64,000 bases of DNA, from contig JAZDJN010000098.1 in NCBI GenBank assembly GCA_043803945.1, forward strand, positions 1-64,000, given 5' to 3'. Positions 50,644 to 59,663 of this stretch are shown here, one piece after another (the first letter of the stretch is position 1; each line of letters starts with the position of its first letter). A program made the translations under genes and the position numbers. Origin of the DNA: a bacterium (lineage in GTDB: Bacteria > Bacteroidota > Ignavibacteria > UBA10030). A model generated the notes under the pieces. It made no database searches and was not told where the DNA came from. It saw only the letters and a list, made by a program, of their open reading frames with translations.

Positions 50644-53600
50644 ATGAAATTCCTTACACACCTAATCGCGCTATTCATAGTTCTCTCTCCATTTGCTCAA
50701 GCACAAAAACCGGAGCTGGTAATTCAAACCGGACACACCAACGGGCTCACTTCGGCAGTATTCAGTCGTGATGAAAAGTATGTACTGACGGGGAGTTGGG
50801 ACAACACAGCGAAACTCTGGGATGCCTCAACAGGAAGAGAAATAAGAACATTTGCCGGGCACTCAGAACGCATTTGGTCTGTCGCTATCAGTCCAGATGG
50901 ACGATATGTAGCGACAGGAAGTTATGACAAGACGGCAAAAATCTGGGAGACTTCAACGGGAAAAGAACTGAGGGTATTGACTGGTCATAAGGATGAAGTT
51001 CACTCCGTTTCTTTCAGTCCCGACGGTCAGTATTTAGCAACGGGCAGTTGTGACAAGACAGCGAAGCTATGGGAAACCTCAACGGGAAGAGAAGTAAAGT
51101 CTTTTACTGGACATTCTGAAGACATTTATTGCTTGGCTTTTAGTCCAAATGGACAGTATATGGTGACGGGAAGTTTTGACAAGACCGCAAAACTCTGGGA
51201 GGTATCAACAGGAAAGGAAATGAAGACATTCACTGGACATTCATCCTCGATCAATTCTGTCGCATTCAGTCCTAGTGGACGATATGTGGTAACAGGAAGC
51301 CGGGATAGCACTGCAAGACTATGGGATGTATCCACGGGGAGAGAAGTGAAGACATTGGCAAGGATCTCATCGTGGATTAATTCTGTCGCACTTAGTCCTG
51401 ATGGGATGTATGTGGTGATAGGGAGTTATAATGGAACAATAAAACTGTATGATATCTCTACTGATCAAGAGGTAAGTTCATTTGCCGGACATCCCCTTTC
51501 GGTTACCTCTGTTACTTTCAGTAATAATGGGAAGTACATTCTGTCGGGGAGTTGGGATAGTAAAGCAAAACTTTGGAAGGCATCAACAGGCAGAGAAGTG
51601 ATGAAAATTGCAGGACATTCTTCGGAGATTCGTACAGTCGCATTCAGTTCAGATGGAAGAAATGTGGTAATGGGGAGTGATAGTGTAGCGAAGATTTGGG
51701 AAGCCATGACCGGAAGAGGTTTGCGGGGACTATCTAATCATTCTGGTATCTATTCCGCGGCATTTAGTCAAAATGGGCGGTATGCGGTGACCGGGAGTGT
51801 TGTTAGTGGAATAGCGAGAATCTTCGATGTTTCGACGGGAAGAGAGGTTAGAACATTAACGGGGAAATGGGGCAGCATATATTCCGTAGCCTTCAGCCCC
51901 GATGATCAATATGTAGTAACAGGGAGTATGAATGGGAGAGTAAAACTCTGGGATGTCTCTACAGGAAAAGAGGAGCGAACATTCATAGGTCATTCTGGCG
52001 ATGTCGCTGCAGTAGCGTTCAGTCCTGATGGGCAGATGATTTTGGCGGGGAGCACTCGTGATGTCAAGCTTTGGGATGCATCGACAGGAATAGAAGTGAA
52101 AACTTTGAAAGGTCACAGTAGCCTCATTCGCTCAGTTGCATTCAGCCCCGATGGGAAGGATGTAGTGACTGGAAGCGCAGACAAAACAGCGAAGCTCTGG
52201 GATATCTCAACAGGAGCAGAAGTAAAGACTTTGACCGGCCATTCAGATTGGGTAAATTCCGTTGTATTCAGTTCTGATGGGCGATATCTGGTGACGGGGA
52301 GTTGGGATAAGACTGCGAAACTGTGGGAGGTCTCAACAGGAAAAGAGGTGAGGACATTCATTGGGAGTTCAGGTGGCATCAATTCTGTGGCCTTCAGTCT
52401 GAATGGGAAATATATCGTTGGTGGATGTAAAACTGGCGAGTGCATCATTTGGGATTTGCAGACAGGTATAAAGCTTGCCTCAAGAATTGCACTCGATGAA
52501 AAGGATTGGGTTGTCGTCACTCCGGATGGCCGCTTCGATGCATCGGCAAATGGGATGAAGTTGCTCCACTACGTTCAAGGAATGGAAGTCCTCCCTCTCG
52601 AATCCTTCTTCGAACAATTCTATACACCTAATCTGTTTGCGCGAGTTCTCTCAGGAGAGAAGATCGAAACCACACCCACGGTCGATTTCTCCAAAGCCAT
52701 CAAACTTCCTCCACTCGTAAGGATCGTTTCACCGAAGACAGGAGAGACTTTCACTTCAGATCGAGCTCAAATTAGTGTTGAAGTCACCGATCAGGGTGGG
52801 GGGATCGATGAAATCCGTCTCTATCACAATGGAAAACTTATCTCAGAAGATCAGCGGGGGATGAAGGTCATTGAATCGAAGACAACGAAGATCACAAAGA
52901 CGTTTGATGTCACGCTCCTACCGGGCATCAACGAGTTTAAAATCACAGCCTTCAATATGGAGAGAACCGAATCAGTCCCGGTGTCTCTTTCAATCGAGCT
53001 TACGGCAACGGAAGCTTCAGCAGAACTCTACATACTTGCGATTGGCATCAATCAGTACAAGAACTCAGTGCTCAACCTCAACTATGGAAGGCCGGATGCA
53101 GAAGCATTCTTGCAGGTTGCTGAAAGGAAAGCACGGGGAATATTCAGAGCGATCAAGAAATATGAAGTCTACGATCAACAAGCAACAAAGGTAAACATCG
53201 AAGGCATCTTGACACAGATCATTCAGCTTTCAAAGCCGCAGGATGTATTTCTGTTTTTCTATGCCGGTCATGGAGTGATGAGCGAAGGCGATGCCGCGTT
53301 GAAACCGGATTTCTATCTTATTCCGAGCGATATCACTCAGCTCTATGGGAACGATCGACAGTTAGTCGCTAAGGGAATCTCTGCATCGTTGCTGAAAGAG
53401 CATTGCACGAACATGCGAGCACAGAAGCAACTGGTAGTCATCGATGCCTGTCAGGCTGGAGGTGCAGTGGAGACGTTTGCGATGCGGGGAGCTGCGGAGC
53501 AGAAAGCGATGGCGCAGTTGGCAAGAGCGACAGGAGTTGTCATACTGGCAGCGACGGGCACAGAGCAGTTTGCGACAGAGTTCAAGCAATTGGGTCACGG

Positions 53601-53799
53601 AGTGTTTACCTATGCGTTACTGCAAGGACTCGAAGGAGAAGCCGATGGAAGTCCAAAGGATGGAAAGGTTACGGTGGCAGAGCTGAGAGCGTATCTTGAC
53701 GATCAAATACCTGAGCTGACGAAGAAGTATAGAGGGCAGGCGCAATATCCAGTCGCATATTCAAGAGGAAATGATTTTCCTGTAAGCGCTGGAAGATGA
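50644..53799 (+). CDS. Exported 14x WD40 repeat + Ig-like + caspase-like C14 peptidase
   Basis: Signal peptide (AQA-QK); 14 GH..S.AFSP.G..TGS.D.TAKLWD repeats; FYAGHG / IDACQ dyad; HGVFTYALLQGL. Confidence 0.93.
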   Translation: MKFLTHLIALFIVLSPFAQAQKPELVIQTGHTNGLTSAVFSRDEKYVLTGSWDNTAKLWDASTGREIRTFAGHSERIWSVAISPDGRYVATGSYDKTAKIWETSTGKELRVLTGHKDEVHSVSFSPDGQYLATGSCDKTAKLWETSTGREVKSFTGHSEDIYCLAFSPNGQYMVTGSFDKTAKLWEVSTGKEMKTFTGHSSSINSVAFSPSGRYVVTGSRDSTARLWDVSTGREVKTLARISSWINSVALSPDGMYVVIGSYNGTIKLYDISTDQEVSSFAGHPLSVTSVTFSNNGKYILSGSWDSKAKLWKASTGREVMKIAGHSSEIRTVAFSSDGRNVVMGSDSVAKIWEAMTGRGLRGLSNHSGIYSAAFSQNGRYAVTGSVVSGIARIFDVSTGREVRTLTGKWGSIYSVAFSPDDQYVVTGSMNGRVKLWDVSTGKEERTFIGHSGDVAAVAFSPDGQMILAGSTRDVKLWDASTGIEVKTLKGHSSLIRSVAFSPDGKDVVTGSADKTAKLWDISTGAEVKTLTGHSDWVNSVVFSSDGRYLVTGSWDKTAKLWEVSTGKEVRTFIGSSGGINSVAFSLNGKYIVGGCKTGECIIWDLQTGIKLASRIALDEKDWVVVTPDGRFDASANGMKLLHYVQGMEVLPLESFFEQFYTPNLFARVLSGEKIETTPTVDFSKAIKLPPLVRIVSPKTGETFTSDRAQISVEVTDQGGGIDEIRLYHNGKLISEDQRGMKVIESKTTKITKTFDVTLLPGINEFKITAFNMERTESVPVSLSIELTATEASAELYILAIGINQYKNSVLNLNYGRPDAEAFLQVAERKARGIFRAIKKYEVYDQQATKVNIEGILTQIIQLSKPQDVFLFFYAGHGVMSEGDAALKPDFYLIPSDITQLYGNDRQLVAKGISASLLKEHCTNMRAQKQLVVIDACQAGGAVETFAMRGAAEQKAMAQLARATGVVILAATGTEQFATEFKQLGHGVFTYALLQGLEGEADGSPKDGKVTVAELRAYLDDQIPELTKKYRGQAQYPVAYSRGNDFPVSAGR

Positions 53800-53925
53800 G
53801 AGTAAGATCCCCTGAGCGAGCTAGTCGTTGGGCGAGTCGAAGGGGAGGGTGAGAGTGTATGAGAATAAAATCCCCTGAGCGAGCCAGTCGTTGGGCGAGT
53901 CGAAGGGGAGGGGGAGAATATGAGA
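53797..53925 (+). repeat. Two tandem CCCCTGAGCGAG...GAGTCGAAGGGG REP-like units
   Basis: Direct tandem copies about 61 bp apart; third copy at 44178. Confidence 0.87.
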
Positions 53926-54026
53926 TGGGGCGAGGAGATGAGATATTACCGATTTCCAATTTCCGAGTTTCGATTGGAATGCAAGAGTGTATGAGCGTAA
54001 GCAAAGAATGCAGATTGGAAAATTCT

Positions 54027-54572
54027 ATGTCGAATACAACTTCAATTCTCGGGCTCTTGGATGCCCTGCAATTCGCGGCTGAGAAGCACAGCCGTCAGCG
54101 AAGAAAAGATGCCGATGCCTCTCCGTATATCAACCATCCTATTGCCGTCGCGGCGAGTCTAGCCCGGTGCGGTGTCTCCGATCTTGTCACGCTGCAGGCA
54201 GCAATTCTTCATGATACGATTGAGGATACGAAAACCACTCCTCCAGAACTAGAAGGGCGGTTTGGAAAAGACGTAACAGCGATTGTCCAGGAGCTCACGG
54301 ATGATAAACAGTTGCCGAAAGAAAAGCGAAAGCAGCGGCAGATTGAACACGCACCATTGATATCTGCAAAGGCAAAGTCGATTAAGATCGCCGACAAGAT
54401 TAGCAATGTGCACGACATTATTTATACACCGCCGAGGTTCTGGAGCAGGAGGGAAAAGAAGAAATACCTTGAGTTTACAGAACAGGTGGTAAAAGGCTGT
54501 CGGGGAGTAAACAAGGAACTTGAGAATGAGTTTGATAAATATCTTGAAGAGGCAGGAAAAAGTCTGAAATAA
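54027..54572 (+). CDS. HD-domain protein, Mesh1/small alarmone hydrolase-like
   Basis: ALQFAAEKH..QRRK...PYINHP, AAILHDTIEDT, ELTDDK, KIADK; ATG 54027 preferred because the upstream extension is repeat-derived. Confidence 0.88.
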   Translation: MSNTTSILGLLDALQFAAEKHSRQRRKDADASPYINHPIAVAASLARCGVSDLVTLQAAILHDTIEDTKTTPPELEGRFGKDVTAIVQELTDDKQLPKEKRKQRQIEHAPLISAKAKSIKIADKISNVHDIIYTPPRFWSRREKKKYLEFTEQVVKGCRGVNKELENEFDKYLEEAGKSLK

Positions 54573-54587
54573 AGGCAGTCCAAAATG

Positions 54588-54611
54588 TAGGACGAGTTGC
54601 CAACTCGTCCA
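54588..54611 (+). repeat. GTAG-type REP palindrome
   Basis: GTAG-GACGAGTTGCCAACTCGTCC; related GTAGGTCGAGCAGCCTGCTCGACC at about 55672. Confidence 0.65.
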
Positions 54612-54691
54612 CAGTGAGCATGCGAATATTCAATGTATTGTGCTCACTTGAATAGTGAATCATGAAGTCCAATAATAAATAGGGTGCAATT

Positions 54692-55567
54692 GTGAGGAAG
54701 CACAGAATATTGAGAACAGTATTTCAATACATTCTCATGCTTGTGATCTGCAAACCAGTATTTTCTCAAGATGTTCATAGCGGCAAGAACGCTGCTGAAT
54801 CCAACCGAATCAATGCTGGCAGCGAGATGGTTCTTGTTGAAGGTGGGACATTCACGATGGGAAGCAACGAAGGAAACTCCGATGAGAAACCGGCTCATCA
54901 AGTTACAGTGAGCAGTTTTTATATCGATAAGTATGAAGTAACGGTAGCACAGTTTAAACAATTTGTAGATGTCACGGGATATAACACCGATGCTGAAAAA
55001 AGCGATGGAAGTAACATATGGACAGGGTCGACTTGGGAGAAGAAGGCGGGCGTCAACTGGCGGTGTGACGAGCGAGGGAAAAGAAGGCCGGTAAGTCAGT
55101 ACAACTATCCAGTGATCCATGTCAGTTGGAACGATGCAGCGGCGTTTGCTGCATGGGCCGGAAAGCGTTTGCCGACGGAAGCTGAGTGGGAGTTTGCAGC
55201 AAAAGGTGGCAGGCAAAGTAAACGGTATAAATATAGCGGTGGAGATAATCCTGATGCAGTCGGGTGGCTTGATATAAATAGCGGTTGGAAAATACATCCA
55301 CCAGGACAGAAACAACCAGATGAGCTTGGCATTTATGATATGTCCGGAAATGTATTTGAGTGGTGCAGCGATTGGTATGATGGGAAGTACTATAGCACGA
55401 GTCCAAAACAAAATCCTCATGGACCACTCTCCGGCCAATTTCGTGTTCTACGGGGTGGTTCGTGGGTCATCGACTTGGACGCTGTTCGGCCTACCTACCG
55501 CAACGGTGCAACGCCCGAAGATCGGAGCGGTGATTTCGGGTTTCGATGTGCGAAGGCGGTGAAATAG
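54692..55567 (+). CDS. Exported stand-alone FGE-sulfatase/CLec protein, paralog of DGR target 2
   Basis: Signal-like N-terminus; shares FKQFVD.TGY.TDAE..DGS..WTGST.EKKAGV.WRCDE insert with target 2; intact GFRC end. Confidence 0.9.
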   Translation: MRKHRILRTVFQYILMLVICKPVFSQDVHSGKNAAESNRINAGSEMVLVEGGTFTMGSNEGNSDEKPAHQVTVSSFYIDKYEVTVAQFKQFVDVTGYNTDAEKSDGSNIWTGSTWEKKAGVNWRCDERGKRRPVSQYNYPVIHVSWNDAAAFAAWAGKRLPTEAEWEFAAKGGRQSKRYKYSGGDNPDAVGWLDINSGWKIHPPGQKQPDELGIYDMSGNVFEWCSDWYDGKYYSTSPKQNPHGPLSGQFRVLRGGSWVIDLDAVRPTYRNGATPEDRSGDFGFRCAKAVK

Positions 55568-55585
55568 GGATAAAAGAAAATTTTT

Positions 55586-55806
55586 TGACTCAACCCCGAA
55601 TCCTGAGGCTGTCCCAAAAGTCTTCTTTTGACTCTCTGGGTGCGGTAAAACGTTTGATTTTCGTAAGTCTCGTAGGTCGAGCAGCCTGCTCGACCAACAT
55701 TTTGAACAGCCTCGGTACCTGGAATGATGAGCATCATTGAAGACAACTTCTGCCAAGTGTACAAAGAAAGCTCTGTACTCCCCTTCTCATGGCAAAGAGA
55801 AGGGTT
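55586..55806. mobile_element. Nested palindromic element C (degenerate right end)
   Basis: tgactcaacccc; inner IR gaggctgtcccaaaag / ttttgaacagcctc holding a GTAG REP; hairpin ccccttctc...gagaaggg. Confidence 0.65.
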
Positions 55807-55877
55807 TGGAATAAACCTTCGGTGCAAAGTGTAAGTTGTAAGGAATTAAGCAGAATGCAGGGTAAAAAGGATATCGA

Positions 55878-57356
55878 ATGAAAAGATATATATCGCTCTT
55901 GATAATTCTGATGTTTATAGCAGTAAAGCTTTGGCCACAGGATCTCTCAGAGTTACGAATTGCAGGGAAAGGAGAATACCTCAAATCGGAGCTTATTAAT
56001 AAAGCCGTAAGAGATGCCAATGGTATTGTCTGTGCCGGGTTGATGATCCTCTCCGATCTCGATGGATTAAGTTATGAATCTAATAATGGCGTAGTGAAAA
56101 TTAATCGGAGCCCTGGAAAAGATCTGCTCTTTCTCTCGCCGGATGAGCGTATGGTGACAGTGTTGAAAACGGGCTATAAGCCGTTGAAGGTGATCATTAA
56201 TGAGTTTGGCATCAAGTTCGCAAGCGGCACAGTGTGGAAGCTTGAGGTAACAGGGAGTAAAAAAGTTGAACAGGTCCCGATTGTTGTTCGAGTTGATCCA
56301 TCAGACGCAGTTATCATACTTGATAGCGTTTCGGTTACGAGTGGTAGACCAATTACCGTTCAAGAAGGAAAGCATACCGTAAAGATTCTCAGAGATGGAT
56401 ATAGATCTGTAACCGAACAAATCACTGTCTCACCAAAAGAGAGAGAATTCCCTTTCACATTGAAGAAAGATAAAGTCAGCCTGAATGTACTCGTTTATCC
56501 TGCTGATGCATCGGTAGCAGTCGATAGTATTTCACTCATTTCAGGAAGAGGATTCCCGACAGAAATTGGTCTTCATAAGCTCAGAATAGAGAGAGATGGA
56601 TATGAACCTGAGATGCACGATATAGAGGTATCGAAAATAAATAATTCGTTTTCCTATCAACTCAGGAAGAAAAAGTACACAATAAGTATTATTGGAGATC
56701 CATCCGATGCAATAATGAGTGTCGACTCAATCAGAGTACAGGGAAACACCACTGTAGCAGAATGGGGTTACCATGTGCTCCGGGTTGAAAATAGCGGATA
56801 CGAATCTCTCTCGAAAGAGATCGAAGTGATGTCGAAGCAAACATCATTTTCTTACTCACTAAACAAAATTCGTACTTACAGCTTTGAGGTAAGCTCGGGA
56901 ATTGGATTCATAGCGCTTGAGGGAAAGCCTAAAAGTCCACCGCCAATTCTCTCTTTTCAATACAGGCTCTCGAATATGTTTACTATCGAGTTAGCAGGTG
57001 GTAGCGTTGATGCAGGAGACTCCATCAAGTATGACAACTTCACATTTGGGTATCTGTCGAACAAATATACCATTGTGAGCTTAAGGGGACGTATCAATAT
57101 TTATCAGACAGGATCTTTGGAAACGTATGTAGGAGCATGCATCACCTTTGTGTTAAACGACAGAACATTCACTTCTTTGCCACTCAATAACAGTTCAACG
57201 AGATATTATGACTCTTATATGAATAGTGATGTTGATAGATTATTTGGAGGCGGATTTATTGGGGCTCGTTATTGGGTATTCAATAAATTCGGTCTTGTCC
57301 TAGAGACTGGACATCACTTTATAAATTTGCGTGCTGGAATTACATTCACATTCTAA
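55878..57356 (+). CDS. Exported PEGA-repeat protein with probable C-terminal outer-membrane beta-barrel
   Basis: Three V.P.DA...D...G.H.L.I...GY repeats; amphipathic beta C-terminus ending ITFTF. Confidence 0.72.
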   Translation: MKRYISLLIILMFIAVKLWPQDLSELRIAGKGEYLKSELINKAVRDANGIVCAGLMILSDLDGLSYESNNGVVKINRSPGKDLLFLSPDERMVTVLKTGYKPLKVIINEFGIKFASGTVWKLEVTGSKKVEQVPIVVRVDPSDAVIILDSVSVTSGRPITVQEGKHTVKILRDGYRSVTEQITVSPKEREFPFTLKKDKVSLNVLVYPADASVAVDSISLISGRGFPTEIGLHKLRIERDGYEPEMHDIEVSKINNSFSYQLRKKKYTISIIGDPSDAIMSVDSIRVQGNTTVAEWGYHVLRVENSGYESLSKEIEVMSKQTSFSYSLNKIRTYSFEVSSGIGFIALEGKPKSPPPILSFQYRLSNMFTIELAGGSVDAGDSIKYDNFTFGYLSNKYTIVSLRGRINIYQTGSLETYVGACITFVLNDRTFTSLPLNNSSTRYYDSYMNSDVDRLFGGGFIGARYWVFNKFGLVLETGHHFINLRAGITFTF

Positions 57357-57365
57357 TGAGGAGCT

Positions 57366-59207
57366 ATGAAAAAGTGCTCAATCATTTTATTCCTTTTTAC
57401 TGTCGGTTCACAACTCCTTTTCTCTCAGACTGTATTAAAGGATACCATTAAACAATCTAACCGCTACTATTATGGCGAGGGAATTGCCGAGAATGAAACT
57501 GAAGCTTCCAATTCTGCACTCGCTCGCCTGACCCAGCATATCGCCGTGACAGTCTCTTCCACGTTTCAGAGCGATCAATTTGAGGATAAAAACAATTATC
57601 AACAGACTGTCCGGCAGGTGGTCGAAACCTATTCAGTGGCATCGCTGAGTAATTTTCATACCCTCCGAAACCAGCAAGGTAGCAAGATTGAAATTTTTCA
57701 TTACATCGAGAAGAAAGAGGTAGAAAAAATATTCCACGGGCGCATACAGCTTGTGCGAAATATCATTGAGCGGGCGAAGGAATTTGAAGCCGAGCTCAAT
57801 CTTGGCAATGCGTTGAAATGGTACTACTTCGCTTCCATACTTCTGAACTCGGTGCCGGCGCAGTTCATCGAGCAGGAGGGGAAAGTACTTATTACGGAAA
57901 TACCCTCCCGCATCACGAAAATCCTCCAGAGCGTGCGTTTGTCGTTAATTGAAGATCGCCATGTTTCTGAGAAGGAGAGGGTGCTTGTATTTTCGGTGAG
58001 ATCAAACGATCTGCCGGCGCAATCCATTGAGTTATTGTTTTGGGATGGTTCGGGGTATGGCAAGATGCAGGCTGCCGATGGGGAAGCGAGTATACAACTT
58101 TATGGTTCAGCCATTGGAATGACAAAGCTCGATCTCCAGATCAAATACAGCTACGATGATTGCCGGGATGAGATTAAAGAAGTGGGTGACCTCTGGAATG
58201 TGGTTAAAAAACCATCCTATAAAAATACGCAGCAGATTGATTTGGTATCGAAACCGGCAGTGAAGAAATCCGAGCCGGTTAAAAGTAAGCCGATGGTTAT
58301 TGAGAAGACAGGTCATTTCAGTATGAGATTATTTTCGAAGGAACAGGCGCCTGTTGTTGAAACGATACGGAAAGAGGCAGGCGGGGTTCTCGATCTTCTC
58401 GCTGAGCGACAGGTGGATGCAATAAAGAAGTTCTTTACGAAAGATCAGTTCCTCCAACGTAAAGTCCTCGATATACTGCAATACAATAATCTCACAATAC
58501 TCGACACACTGATTGATGCCAATATCAATAAAACAGCTATGGGCTGGGAACTCCGCCGCATCCGTACGCTTGCTTACTACCCTACATTACGGAAGCAGTC
58601 CTTAGAGTATTTGATCTTAGATTTTGATACGGAAGGCAAATTATACGATCTAAATTTTGGCATTACGGATACTCTGTATCGCTTGTTTGTCGAGCAGGCT
58701 TCGTACGGCCAGGATTGGGGGAACCGACAGGTGATAATCAAATTTGCTGAGAGATACCGGACAGCGTTTCTCAGCAGGGACATCAACATGCTCGATTCGC
58801 TCTTTGCCGATGAGGCAGTGATAATTATAGGCCGGGAGTTAAAGAAAACAAAAGTGAAGGATATCTATGGCTTTACTCCTTCAAGCACTGCACAGCCCGA
58901 TTATTCCTATACGCAGTACACGAAGAAGCAATATCTGAAGAACCAGAACGAAGTCTTCAAGAGGCAGAAAGATCTTTATGTCGGATTCTCGACATTTAAA
59001 ATCAATAGAAAAAACGATTCGGCGGGGACTTATGGACTGAGCATGAGGCAGCATTATAATTCCACAACCTATGCGGATGAGGGGTACCTGTTTTTGCTGG
59101 TAGATTTCAATGAAGATCTGCCGCAGATTTATGTACGAACCTGGCAGCCGCATGAATGGAACGATGAGGCGCTTTACAAATTGTCGAATTTCAAGTTAAA
59201 TCGTTGA
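57366..59207 (+). CDS. Exported LPP20-like + NTF2-like domain protein
   Basis: Signal peptide; YYYGEG...EA...ALA.L...I.V.VSS; C-terminal F.ERYRTAF..D...DSLFADEAVIIIG ... IYVRTWQP. Confidence 0.62.
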   Translation: MKKCSIILFLFTVGSQLLFSQTVLKDTIKQSNRYYYGEGIAENETEASNSALARLTQHIAVTVSSTFQSDQFEDKNNYQQTVRQVVETYSVASLSNFHTLRNQQGSKIEIFHYIEKKEVEKIFHGRIQLVRNIIERAKEFEAELNLGNALKWYYFASILLNSVPAQFIEQEGKVLITEIPSRITKILQSVRLSLIEDRHVSEKERVLVFSVRSNDLPAQSIELLFWDGSGYGKMQAADGEASIQLYGSAIGMTKLDLQIKYSYDDCRDEIKEVGDLWNVVKKPSYKNTQQIDLVSKPAVKKSEPVKSKPMVIEKTGHFSMRLFSKEQAPVVETIRKEAGGVLDLLAERQVDAIKKFFTKDQFLQRKVLDILQYNNLTILDTLIDANINKTAMGWELRRIRTLAYYPTLRKQSLEYLILDFDTEGKLYDLNFGITDTLYRLFVEQASYGQDWGNRQVIIKFAERYRTAFLSRDINMLDSLFADEAVIIIGRELKKTKVKDIYGFTPSSTAQPDYSYTQYTKKQYLKNQNEVFKRQKDLYVGFSTFKINRKNDSAGTYGLSMRQHYNSTTYADEGYLFLLVDFNEDLPQIYVRTWQPHEWNDEALYKLSNFKLNR

Positions 59208-59246
59208 GGGTGGGTTGTTGATTGGAGGTGACGAGTTGGTTAGGAT

Positions 59247-59456
59247 GGACTCATCCCTGCCTGCCCGCTAGGGCCTGCAGGCGGCAGGCAGGCCCCCGGC
59301 GAGGCTATCCAAAAAGAGCCTTTGTCATTTCGATCCCGATTTATCGGGAGAGAAATCTTGCTTTTTGTTTAGATTTCTCAGTTGCTGCGCGCCTTCGAAA
59401 TGACAAAACGGTCTTTTTGGTCAATCCCTGAGGGGATGAGTCAGGCAATACCAACA
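59247..59456. mobile_element. Nested palindromic element D
   Basis: ggactcatccc + CCTGCC/GGCAGG insert + gaggctatccaaaaag [gtcatttcga...tcgaaatgac] ctttttggtcaatccc + ggggatgagtcag. Confidence 0.78.
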
Positions 59457-59663
59457 CCATACTTCCCCGACTCTCAAGCTCTCGAATGATAAAATGAACA
59501 GATGGACGCAGAAACCTTCCGAAGGTCTATAGAGTACAACGAGAAACCTTCGGAAGGTTATGCAGGCTTGAAAAGAAGTCCCTCGTTCTAATGAATTGTC
59601 AATTCCCTTGCGGAATGATACGCAATTAATTATAATATATTGCGTATAGAACCGACAAACATT

